Shown: positions 56,401 to 64,000 of the stretch, piece after piece
Layout: every line of letters begins with the position of its first letter
How positions within the stretch are numbered: position 1 is the stretch's first letter
Assembly (NCBI GenBank): GCA_030141605.1
Contig: JAQGDQ010000151.1
Span: 248,001 to 312,000 of the forward strand
Direction of reading: 5' to 3'
Length of the DNA: 64,000 nt
Source: Tubiluchus corallicola
Taxonomy: Eukaryota > Animalia > Priapulida
Made by a program: the position numbers and the translations under genes
Notes under the pieces: generated by a model
The model's database searches: none
Told to the model about the DNA's origin: nothing
Seen by the model: only the letters and a program-made list of their open reading frames with translations

Positions 56401-59400
56401 TTATTAATTTAATAGTCACTTATCTCTTGTGAAAAAGTGTGTAGTTGGTATGCACACATTGTAGATTCTATTTTTGCATTTTTCAACTTCAGCACTTTTT
56501 CTGCTTTATGTTCTTGGGTGCAGTTTTTCTGTTTTGTCATTTAAAAAATCATTGTGGTCGAATATTTATCCGAGTGGTATGCTGGGTTTTCAGTACATCA
56601 GCAGTTTAACTTGTACGGGATTAAACTTTTAAATATTTTGTGTTTTTCTCTATCTTTGATAATTGAGTTTCATTAACTCTTACTGTTATTTGCCAGTGTG
56701 CTATCGACCATTTCTTTTTAATGAAACGGGACTAAATACTGATACGGCAAAATACGCAGTACACTATTGGATACTGTTCTAGCAGTATTAATTGCTAATT
56801 TTAAGGTTATTTTTTGGCAAAATTCCTAACAACATTTTATATTGTATTATTTAGCAAAAGAACATAACAAAGCGGTTTGTGTACTTTACTGATCTGGTTT
56901 CTGATGCAATTTTTTTGAATGCTGTTCCGGGGGATGAGCCAGTTATCCTTAACACGGTGTCTCTTACTCTTAGTCTTGAACGTCAGAGAGCACGTCATTT
57001 AAGAGGTAACTATGCTATGACGCTTTTTTGACATGGCAACACTGTTAAAAATGGATTAACTATTACTATATGTGTAATTTTATTACTAAAACATTTCTAG
57101 TGACAAAGCTGTGCTGTTTTCAACTGATATGTATGTTAGTTCAGTTTTTGTTGGCTAATGTGATGTGCCAGTCTTAGTGGCAAATGATAATCACTAATTA
57201 GCATTATGCTGACTCAAGTAAAGGAGAACCACAATAACTCAATGATTTTTATATGTAGTATGATATGCATTTCCCTGTGGTTTGGTAATTACCTATTTAA
57301 TTGATATGAGAAAAAGCTTAACACAAAAGCTTAGGACTTGTAAATGAAAAACAAACATATTTGTATGAAATGCAAAGCTTTTTCATTGTATAAGGCTTAC
57401 TCAAATGGCTGGATGACTACTGGGAGATCATTTCTGAACACTTTAATTTTCCGTACTGGCCCTGGCTGTTTTATTATAGGAAAAATGTATATAAACCTGC
57501 ACTTGCAAGTGGCTTTACGGTAAATCCCTGTGACTACAACTATTCATCTGTAAACTCTGCATTGGGAGGCGCCGTGGTATGGGAGTGGCTTTGGTCATGA
57601 AGCAGAGCTGGAGTACCAGAATAATGCATAGTTGTATATACTTAGTGTGTTATCATTTTTTGGCTTGCAAAAATACACACACCTACACACCTGCACTTAG
57701 GTGCGCCCTCACTCACACGTTAAGTGAAACACACACACACACCTGCACTTAGGTGCGCCCTCACTCACACGTTAAGTGAAACACACACACACAAAAAGTC
57801 AAACGACAGGGCAAATAATTACTGACAGTCACATTTAAATTTCTTCCTACTGCCCCTGTGCCTTTTTTAGTTTATGAAATGTTGAACTTCTTTGTTAATA
57901 TTTCAGGATCTGAGGTGACCATTGAAGGTGACTCGCACTTTAAATTACCCTCTAGTTTAACATTCCTTGATGGAGAAGATAGTGAAGTTCATGACATCAA
58001 GGTTGTTACCATATGATACATAAATGTTAAAGTTGTGACATTCATTTAAAATTTAAATGTTCTACATGAAAAACTGTAAATGTTATTTCCTATTCGATAT
58101 TTCAAAGATAGTCGCGGAATAAATTCAGAGTCGCCAACTGGACTTATTCGGCTTAGACTTAGACATCAATAACTTGACTTGCAACTCAACATAAAGACTT
58201 TTTCTGACGTCTGCGTATACTTAACTGCTTTAACTTGTTTTTTTTATTGTTAAAAACATTGAATAAGCAATATCTAGATATTAATTATGTAAATATAAAC
58301 AAAAGGTTTACCGCTCGTGCTACACCTGAAATTAGCATGCAGTGCCATACTCGCTTTGTTCACAACTAAATATTTGACTTGGGTCCTCCTAGGTTGTGGT
58401 TTTGCACATTTCTCCACAAAATATTGTATTTTCATTCAGAATGAGCAAAAACAAATAAGTTATTGCAGTTTAAGTATTGATTGTATTGTAAAAGTTGCAC
58501 TTCTGTCCTGGAATTATTAAACTTACAGTCCTTCTTGCAATGCCTTTTTCATAGATATGTGTTTATTTAAATGTCACACAACAACAAAGATATTAGACAT
58601 ATTATAACAAAGATTTTAGACTTTGGATCAGTGGCATGAAAAACCTGTTAAATAATCAGACTGAATAAGGAAATTTCAATCAAGTAATATGCATATCTCA
58701 TAATAACGGCTTATTTAATTAAAAATCATAGAACTATAAAAATTTATTAAATTTTGTCATGTTGTAAATCAAGCCAAGCTGTATGTCCACAATTGTTATG
58801 TCATTAAATTTAAAAATTTGTTTTTGTGAAGGTAATGAACCTGGATTTTAGCTTTGTAACTGAATAAAAAACAGAAAAGCTTTAATACTGGTAAACATTC
58901 ATACTTGTTGACACATTTACAGGTGGCAAGCATGCACACTAATCCATACAACTGGGATAACACTTCAAAACTGGTAAATACATCCGTTGTCAGCATAGAT
59001 GTTAGCAAACAGTACAATGACACTGACCATGAGGGGCATTTGACGGATCCCATACATTATTTCTTAGAAGTACCAGGTATAGGTGCATGCATGTGAATTA
59101 TGGCTTTTTCTATAAGTCTGGTGGCAACAGGAAAAGAGCTGTAAAGTTTAATTGTTTAAAAATGATTTAGGGGAGAAATTATAGCTAAGGAGTGCAGGAA
59201 TTCAGTTGGCATCCGTAAAAGTTAAATACTTTTTACAGTTTATTCATATAAATCTTTCAATAGGCATATGTCTTCAGTCTTTATCCAGTGCAATGTGCTC
59301 TTCCATTCTTTTTGGAGACAATTCTTTTACTTTTGATACAAATGGTTGCATTCTTCTTTAAAGACACTGTTTGCTCTTTTTCTTAAAGTGACAATAGGAA

Positions 59401-62400
59401 ATTTGAACCATTAGCCTGGAGAATGTCATTTTTATCGGTCAATTGCGGTGAAGCAATCTTAAAGATTGGGCATGTAACAATTGCAAATTTCAATAGTAAA
59501 TTGGTATTTCCAATTTTTACTGTGCCAGTACTTTTACAGTCTGTATAGTGCCTTTATTTGTCATTTTTCAAAGTAAAATAACTAAAGTAGCAAGGTTAAA
59601 GGTTAAGTAGTATGTTATAAACTGAAATTTCACTGGCATTCTTCATCTAACAGTTTTTATGTAGTATTCATGCTAGGACTTCCCCAATTAATATAAATTT
59701 ATTTGTGAGTGTTTTAGGCTTTATTAAGATTTAAGTTAAATCAGCCTTACAGCTTTTGCTTCTGGTTTTTCACATTCTTCGTTACAAGCAAAAAAGAAAA
59801 GCAGGTACATTTATAAACTCAGTGTTTTATTGGTCTTAATTGACTTCTTTTGCATTTCATTTAATTTGTAGCATCTGCAGCATCTGTAGCAGTGTACGTA
59901 AGTGTAATAAGCTAAGCATGTTTAGAGTAATTAGGACTCAACTCATTTACACATAGTAACTTATTCGGAATCATTTGTTGGTCTTTTCTTTACCCAACTA
60001 TCTATTCATTATATTGAAGTTGCAAGTTCTAATATGCTTCCATACAAGTTTTCCCCAATGTCTGTTTAATCAAGGTAAACGATGCTAGTTTGGTCTTAAT
60101 AAATTATATTTCCGATTTTAATTATAGATATGATTGATGGACTCAAAGATGAAGCTCAGCTCAGCCCACGAATTTATAAATTATAAAAAAAATTATGTGT
60201 ATTCAGTTAAGGACACCAAATCTATTGAAATTTTTCATTTTATTTTAGACGTTCTTGAAAGTGAAACAAATGTTGTTATACATCCACGCTTAAACACAGA
60301 TAAAGATATTACTGTGCACAGTTTTATTATAAATGGAAACAGCTATGGAAGTGTATCTTTTCTAAATTTGCCTGAGGACGTTTTACTTAAGGTAATTTCG
60401 GACATTTAATGTGTACCTTAGTACTCGTAAAGGACATTTGTAGAATTATTGCTCGAATAAAAATGTGATCTGGTCAATGTTAGAACTACTACCTGATTAC
60501 TCCAGGACCAGTTCAATCATTAATCTTCTGTCTTGGCTTGGTAAGCTGATTTTTTATCTTCGCTACACACATTTTGCTGTTCTTAGTATAGATCTCGATG
60601 TGGTAGGACAATTTTTCTCAAACCGAAGGAAGCAATTTTGATGCATGTGAAGACCTGCTTTATATGGAAACATACAGAAAATCACACACACAACACACTT
60701 TATTTCATAAGTATTTGATATTGGAGGTCATATCACCATTTAGGCACATGATTAAATAAGTGCAAGTGGTTTTTATATTGATGGATTTTTAAAGCTGTAA
60801 AATTTAAACCAACTTACATTTTTTGCTTAATTTAATTAGAACAATAATAATAATGATGTAGTTGTATAGCAATATAAATATAATATAAAAGAAATATTTG
60901 ACATCACATGACTAGCAGAGAGTTTAGTCTAATGGTAACGCATCTGCTTTCTGTCTGGGAGGTCGTGAGTTTGATACAGTGGCGAGGTCGTACCAAAATG
61001 GTATGTATTTTTAAAAATGGTATCTGCAGTTACTCTGATTGGCATGTGGTATTTCGAGTAATGATAGCCTCTGTTATATAGATTATTATTTACAGACGGC
61101 CCAAGAGCTCTTTGGTGCTTATGTTAATTGTTCATTCAAAAAAGCCGACGTTGGATAAAGATTATTACTATTATCATGATTATTATTATAATTAAGTGAA
61201 AAAATATTTATTATTGCATTTATGTAGGCCTGTTTTCCTTCTGTTTTCAGTTATAAAACATTGTGTAATTTTATTGTCCTAAATAATTCCCAGTTTGCCT
61301 GTAACAAACAAAACATTTGAATGAACAAAATTCGAGACAAACCTGGACAGTCAGGCGATCGTGCATGTAAAATTGTTAATTCTTTTAAGGTATGGTGCTT
61401 TGAAGGGACTCTAATCTTGTTTTTGACAGCTTGTTCTCTGGCATTGCATCAGAATATTTTGCTAAAACAGTAACTAAACATAATTCTACAGTTATAAAAT
61501 ATTTGCATTTATTTTTTAGGTTTTGTACAGAATTGCACTGGAATTTTGTGGAGTTTTTTTTTTTCGAAATGCATTAACTAGTAAAATTTAATGTTTCCGA
61601 TTGTTACACTGACATATTATTGATAACTATTTTGTAAAGTGCCTGCTTAATTTCTTTGACCACGTTTGATTACAGGTAGTTTTAAAGAGATCTAGCAAAC
61701 CGGTGATTGATGATTTTAAGAAAAAATCTCTAGTGCATTACATTCCGAGCTCACGCAACGAGTCATACCATGCTTCTTACTACCAATTTCGCACTATAAA
61801 CGTGTACAATGATAAGGAGCATCCAGACGTATGGTATGTGGGGATTTTGTTTGACTCGTATAACGATCCTTCCTGCTACAAACCACTACAAATGTGTTCG
61901 ACCAAAACAGATGAGTGTAGAGAACAGCGCAACGTTGACCAGTGTCACGTGAATGATGACGATTGCAGAACTAGAACGTACCTGTCATGCGGCATTGATA
62001 TTTGCATGGAGAAGCAACCGTGTTATCCCGACTGGGTAGCTTACTGCCAAAAAGCAATGGAGGTCTGCATTAGGCGACAAGTCAAATGTAATTTATCAAA
62101 CTTGAACAAATGTGACATATATTTCAGGTACTGTGTGGATGGTTGCAAAGTGTTCTCGAATGACTCAACTTGTAGCTATTACTGCAGTCAAAGGAAAATT
62201 AACTGTACTAATGCTGCGAACGGTACATGCGAATCGACTGCTGTTTGTTTAAGAAAGAGAAATTTGTTATGTGTTGAAACGCTTTTTCTCCTTCCTAAAA
62301 GGCAGTATTGTAAGGACCTTTATTACAATTGCAGTGCAGAAGGCGAGGCGAGGTGTGATCGCGAACTTGCGAACTGCAACGGCGAGTGTCGTTTGTGTAA

Positions 62401-62597
62401 GCCACGTTGTGATTCAGCACTCCTGGGTGACTGTCTTGCTTTCTGCGATCAGGAACATTTTAACTGTGCAAAAGCTAAACCGGAGAAATGCAAAAAATTT
62501 ATGCAACAGTTTCACAATGTCTCTTTGTGCGATCAGATATTATGGCCAGAAGATGAGCTGACTAACGATGTGCAAGAGCCAGTACCTGCAGCAAATG
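11539..62597 (+). CDS. Polycystin-1-like / REJ-domain receptor gene (PKD1L family), partial: WSC-PKD-REJ-GAIN ectodomain in 21 exons
   Basis: Hand-spliced GT-AG exons join with matching phases into ~1430 open codons. Motifs: WSC (MT..MC..YC, ECSC, CxxxCxGD, CGG), PKD (FGDG..HIY..G), REJ (DASPSYDPD, YTWYC, CVKNC, PLTYKF, SAG..VSDFYGA), GAIN (VPGDEP, NPYNW..VVS, WYVGI). Both ends incomplete. Confidence 0.9.
11690..11805 (-). mobile_element. Helitron-like 3' terminal fragment (GTGTG-rich family)
   Basis: Reverse complement reads GTG-rich..gtgcgcaaaattttattcgtggtatggCTAGt, matching the ends at 17289 and 53497. Confidence 0.55.
11807..11843. repeat. (TA)n microsatellite
   Basis: Direct reading. 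Confidence 0.9.
12339..12508 (+). CDS. PKD1-like exon (WSC domain, middle)
   Basis: ttcag|, DYPFALTFTTECSCLL..CNSTCEGD..KDNK, |gtacca. Phase 1 to 0. Confidence 0.85.
14545..14671 (+). CDS. PKD1-like exon (WSC domain end)
   Basis: acag|, KLLECYSTKNCGTCGGFQTVGGIRSQFASLYLTCASEPYFLK, G|gtaac. Supplies the WSC CGG..SLY motif; phase 0 to 1 fits both neighbours. Confidence 0.72.
15490..15770 (-). mobile_element. Repeat with tRNA-like head (B box) and TTAGGG-like subrepeats
   Basis: Minus strand ggttcgaattc B box near 15706-15716. ttagggttaggtt and ctagggtttgggtt motifs at 15500-15690. Confidence 0.35.
16855..17289 (+). mobile_element. Helitron-like 3' fragment with (GTGTG)n tract
   Basis: Collinear by eye with 52345-53497 (catag..ctttgtg..gctgtgctgttg..catcatgatc..GTGTG repeats). 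Ends ggCTAG|t. Confidence 0.65.
17665..18353 (+). CDS. PKD1-like exon (PKD domain and start of REJ)
   Basis: Within ORF 17649-18446: FEVSFGDGKS..THIYKKHGIFALTL, YYTWKLY..ITIPEYTLLPGFYIANVT. Donor GAG|gtaata; alternative acceptor 17671. Confidence 0.88.
18788..19257. mobile_element. MITE/HINE-like non-autonomous DNA element
   Basis: Inverted ends taatccccgcc / ggcgggaaatta and an internal gaccttgacc motif. Confidence 0.35.
19897..21070 (-). mobile_element. CR1-group LINE fragment: ORF1 C-terminus, PHD finger and start of APE endonuclease
   Basis: HRL..PIIVKFTRRNVRD..VNEWLT (ORF1); C..C..DLCERWIH..YYCLAC..FPF (PHD); HFNSNSL, TET, GVGLYI (endonuclease). Frameshifted, antisense in an intron. 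Confidence 0.85.
21549..21703 (+). CDS. PKD1-like exon (REJ)
   Basis: KWILVDRNPIVAAILRG..TMDASPSYDPD, ttag| and |gtaagt, phase 0 to 2. Confidence 0.9.
22741..22838 (+). CDS. PKD1-like exon (REJ)
   Basis: YTWYCYRGTDERMPKPTDPGCYANHTVQLPYH, ttttag| and |gtaagt, phase 2 to 1. Confidence 0.88.
25160..26460. repeat. Pair of diverged direct repeats (~25160-25310 and ~26320-26460) flanking an exon
   Basis: gcactct..actaga..tagg.ca.tggaattt.ct.aatgtga..tttgcgcat is shared by both copies. Confidence 0.5.
25857..26007 (+). CDS. PKD1-like exon (REJ)
   Basis: VSFTVPPKSLKQFSIYTFVVEVGR..ATQLVEVFPGDHPTLLI, phase 1 to 2, |gtaagt. Confidence 0.9.
29049..29112. repeat. (TG)n/(TGCG)n microsatellite
   Basis: Direct reading. 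Confidence 0.9.
30274..30530 (+). CDS. PKD1-like exon (REJ)
   Basis: CVKNCEEKINPNENLILRAECSDC..YDWQI..YYIRLI, phase 2 to 1, |gtatgt. Confidence 0.92.
31493..31533 (+). ncRNA. Degenerate minimal hammerhead ribozyme motif (Penelope-like element remnant)
   Basis: CTGATGA (31496-31502), 19-nt imperfect stem II, GAAAC (31522-31526), then GTC. This layout is typical of Penelope pseudo-LTRs. Confidence 0.45.
32690..33190 (+). mobile_element. Non-autonomous interspersed repeat (HINE/Helentron-like)
   Basis: aggtcaaagggtc and catgcacaccaaatttggtc..ttttgagtta motifs recalled from invertebrate HINE-like repeats. Confidence 0.3.
33194..33236. repeat. (TA)n microsatellite
   Basis: Direct reading. Confidence 0.9.
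33600..34460 (+). mobile_element. Possible solo LTR
   Basis: GC-richer island with a G-rich tract at ~33968-33995, an AT-rich tail and ATTAAA near 34405. No TSD found. Confidence 0.25.
35484..35588 (+). CDS. PKD1-like exon (REJ)
   Basis: GPSKFGLAVYVAEVTNFLPENGTFTRNCTLDPPQ, phase 1 to 1. Confidence 0.88.
36830..38473 (+). mobile_element. ORF1-only LINE-derived retroposon with (ATT)n tail
   Basis: Frameshifted ORF1 at ~37120-37776 (RYSRLYNFMVMCLAE, ETAHRL..RPMIVRC, GKLFIDGKLY). No ORF2 before the tail; 5' boundary approximate. Confidence 0.65.
38398..38473. repeat. (ATT)n microsatellite (retroposon tail)
   Basis: About 25 units, direct reading. Confidence 0.95.
40604..40717 (+). CDS. PKD1-like exon (REJ)
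   Basis: GKAFVTDFKIECNPFADHDTPLTYKFYY, phase 1 to 1. Confidence 0.92.
42064..42209 (+). CDS. PKD1-like exon (REJ end)
   Basis: GIYLHYS..ILSAGLKSRNYQAEILLIVSDFYGASVETTINVT, |gtgagt, phase 1 to 0. Confidence 0.92.
42360..42590. repeat. Degenerate ~15-bp tandem array (gtaccaaaattttcc-like), probable DNA transposon arm
   Basis: gtacc/gtact/gcacc recurs about every 15 nt. Confidence 0.55.
43303..43447 (+). CDS. PKD1-like exon (post-REJ / GAIN helical region)
   Basis: VWPHKLLLRSQ..LDTMIKAGDFT, ttccag| and |gtcagt, phase 0 to 1. Confidence 0.82.
44321..44454 (+). CDS. PKD1-like exon (GAIN helical region)
   Basis: AARIMLFVSAEVNAIE..ILEIKSE, phase 1 to 0. Confidence 0.85.
44854..44979 (+). CDS. 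PKD1-like exon (GAIN helical region)
   Basis: VRTTMVKSIPKLPIYSFNAAKQSANLLNQTLGTSTDFTPELQ, |gtgagt, phase 0 to 0. Confidence 0.88.
45570..45960 (-). mobile_element. GC-rich interspersed repeat, possibly a retroposon 5' region
   Basis: Sharp GC-rich island in an AT-rich intron; no recognisable protein motif. Confidence 0.25.
48502..48729 (+). mobile_element. PPT plus 3' LTR related to the miniature LTR element at 49979-51226
   Basis: agaggagggcag|TGTTACA..TTACA, with shared aaatgccatttattttcg..cctcta..gaagccattgcata blocks. Confidence 0.7.
49355..49446 (+). CDS. PKD1-like exon (GAIN helical region)
   Basis: VESLSVLEQIATSIGKYAVEAEADELKDST, tttacag| and |gtacgt, phase 0 to 2. Confidence 0.85.
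49979..51226 (+). mobile_element. Miniature non-autonomous LTR retrotransposon (TRIM-like)
   Basis: 5' LTR 49979-50242 (TG..CA), PBS 50244-50261, ~630-bp non-coding interior, PPT 50879-50890, 3' LTR 50891-51226, TSD ATATT at 49974-49978 and 51227-51231. Confidence 0.8.
50244..50261 (+). promoter_or_regulatory. Primer binding site complementary to tRNA-Leu 3' end
   Basis: TGGTGTCAGAAGTGGGAT, one base after the LTR-terminal CA. It is the reverse complement of the known tRNA-Leu(CAA) 3' end ATCCCACTTCTGACACCA. Confidence 0.85.
51541..53497 (+). mobile_element. Non-autonomous Helitron copy 1 with 3' extension
   Basis: a|TC start. Hairpin cgcaaaa-tc-ttttgcg at 52309-52324 is followed by CTAT rather than CTAG. 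The extension ends with hairpin cacaaaa-ttct-ttttgtg (53468-53485) and CTAG at 53494-53497. Confidence 0.82.
52480..53452. repeat. (GTGTG)n-based degenerate pentanucleotide satellite inside Helitron
   Basis: Direct reading; higher-order blocks such as gtgatgtggtggagtggtatggtgtgg recur. Confidence 0.95.
53498..54300 (+). mobile_element. Non-autonomous Helitron copy 2 (complete, 803 bp)
   Basis: TCTCTTATATTAATATTCTTGG start, hairpin 54272-54287, CTAG 54297-54300. Closely similar to copies 1 and 3. Confidence 0.88.
54301..55074 (+). mobile_element. Non-autonomous Helitron copy 3 (3' end diverged or truncated)
   Basis: Same TC 5' end directly abutting the CTAG of copy 2. Similarity stops at ~55074; a CTAG|t follows at 55123-55126. 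Confidence 0.82.
56108..56252 (+). CDS. PKD1-like exon (GAIN)
   Basis: FVVSAFGNVLSAS..RSTEEIIEQ, ttccag| and |gtaagg, phase 2 to 0. Confidence 0.88.
56855..57005 (+). CDS. PKD1-like exon (GAIN)
   Basis: QKNITKRF..LNAVPGDEPVILNTVSLTLSLER, phase 0 to 1. Confidence 0.9.
57685..57792. repeat. Tandem duplication, 52-bp period, bounded by (CA)n
   Basis: cctgcacttaggtgcgccctcactcacacgttaagtgaaacacac at 57690 and 57742. Confidence 0.9.
57907..58001 (+). CDS. PKD1-like exon (GAIN)
   Basis: GSEVTIEGDSHFKLPSSLTFLDGEDSEVHDIK with FKLP motif. Weak donor AAG|gttgtt; phase 1 to 0. Confidence 0.8.
58923..59076 (+). CDS. PKD1-like exon (GAIN)
   Basis: VASMHTNPYNWDNTSKLVNTSVVSIDV..LTDPIHYFLEVP, phase 0 to 1. 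Confidence 0.92.
60207..60391 (+). CDS. PKD1-like exon (GAIN beta region), acceptor uncertain
   Basis: KDTKSIEIFHFILDV..LPEDVLLK, |gtaatt. Phase-compatible acceptors at 60207 or 60165. Confidence 0.7.
60915..61190 (+). mobile_element. tRNA-derived SINE (MetaSINE-like central domain), decayed
   Basis: A box tagtctaatgg (60925-60935), B-box-like gagtttgatac, then gtcgtaccaaa..tttaaaaatggta..gattggca and an (ATT)-rich tail. Confidence 0.55.
61676..62597 (+). CDS. PKD1-like exon (GAIN with large cysteine-rich insertion)
   Basis: ttacag|VVLKRSSKPVIDDF..WYVGILF, then a 32-Cys segment, G|gtatgt. 922 bp open, phase 0 to 1. Confidence 0.88.
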
Positions 62598-62709
62598 GTA
62601 TGTTTTGTTAGAAAGCTAAGCGGAATAATAACATGGCCTAACATTGGTACTCTCTAGCAAGGAGATCATGTTAGCATGTCATGAACCTCTTATTTTAAGT
62701 ATCTTTTAA

Positions 62710-63870
62710 GGCAGGATTTCACAGGACTTCAACTTTTTTGAGGTAAATAAAAATTTCCTAAATCCAACTGTCACCAAAATATTTATGCGAATGTATTTTG
62801 TCTCAAACCATTTGTGTGAAGTTTGTGTGACTTTCGTTGCACTTTTGCGAATTTCGTGTTTTTCTTGAGCAAAAATGTGGTGTGAAATTTGCAATTTTTT
62901 GGTTATCTTTGCCGACTTTAGGGACACTTGTGCGACAAAGCGACTGTCACAAAACATTCGCAAAACAGTCAAAACATTATGATCACTACAATATCACGAA
63001 ATTTTCACAAGGTCCACCAAAATGCCACAAAATCTTTGCCAAGTTTTTGCAGATTCTGAAATTGTTCCAACGTTTGGCAACAAATTTTCACAGATCTGAT
63101 ACATGTTACTACAACTATGACAGTTTGGCGAAGCTTTGGCAAGGTATTGAATTTTGAGTAGTAGTGGGTGCGGTCATTTACAAGATTACTTCGATTACTT
63201 AATATCAATAGTATCAATTACTTTGTTAAGTGATTGAATATAAACAATTACTTTTGTGCCTATAAATTTATAATAAATTTTGAAATACAAAAAAATAAAA
63301 ATTTGTTTGAAATAATTTTTAACGTGGTAAAATCATGGAAGTGAACATAACTACACCTTCTCACACCGACTCCAGTTAAGTTTTATCAGTTTAGCATGAC
63401 CAGAAGCCTAACAAATTTGCTGACTATAAAAATAAGTATTTTAATGTAAGTTACTTCAGAAGTTTCTCGCAAATAAATTTAAGGAAACTTTTTAAATAAA
63501 ACGTGATAAGTGTCTCATACTCTATTATAGGGAAGGTCTATAATAACTAAAGTATATGCTGCTGAAGATTCTAGAGACTTGGGCGTTTATTCATTGCAAC
63601 TCTGAGTGACAGAAACACAAATCTGTATATAGACACCCATGTCAGGTACAGATGCCGAAGCCCAATCACAGTAATCGTTAATCGCCTCTTCATTAAATCA
63701 GCGGTATCACCCACCACTAGTCTTGCGACTTCGGTGACAAACTTCATACATCATTTAAAAAATTTCCAAAGTCGATAATTTTTCCACTTTTTTGCAACTG
63801 TCTGGCAAACTTTCGGTGCATCTTCGGCGACATCTTCGGATCACTGAAGTCGCGAACCCTGTGAAAGGCT
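62710..63870. mobile_element. MITE with TTAA flanks (Kolobok/piggyBac-type target), short internal repeats
   Basis: ttaa|ggcaggatttcacagg ... cctgtgaaaggct|ttaa. ttcgca/ttgcga/ttggcga repeats near both ends. Confidence 0.5.
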
Positions 63871-64000
63871 TTAATGTGAATGTGCTCTAGCATCTATTGC
63901 TTTTAGAATGCTTGTTTTTTATCTTAGATTCAAATATCTGCCTCCTAACAGTTCATCTTGCTTATGGGCAGCAATAGCAGATTGAACTTTATCCCACTGT

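Noticed and set aside
60915-60990. Functional tRNA gene
   Set aside because: Boxes are degenerate, there is no clean cloverleaf, and it continues into a SINE body.
63929-64000. Next exon (GPS motif) after acceptor tcttag
   Set aside because: The required phase-1 frame hits a stop within about 17 codons and no C-x-[YF]W..W..GC motif is present.

Overview
AT-rich animal (probably invertebrate) genomic DNA, not prokaryotic. From about 11.5 kb to the window end, a + strand gene of 21 exons can be spliced by hand with GT-AG sites and consistent phases (about 4.3 kb CDS, about 1430 codons). It encodes the ectodomain of a polycystin-1-like/REJ-family receptor: WSC, one PKD domain, REJ module, GAIN region. 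The start codon is not securely identified and the GPS motif and TM region lie beyond the window. The last visible exon carries an unusual insert of 219 aa with 32 Cys in heptad and mirror-image spacing. The first 10 kb is a three-layer nest of decayed non-LTR retrotransposons, including an ORF1-only polyadenylated unit. Introns contain a head-to-tail Helitron trimer showing apparent terminator read-through, a miniature LTR element (5-bp TSD, tRNA-Leu PBS), a second ORF1-only retroposon inside a foldback-like DNA element, a Penelope-type hammerhead remnant, a tRNA-derived SINE, MITEs and microsatellites. All family assignments come from motif recognition by eye; no searches were run.
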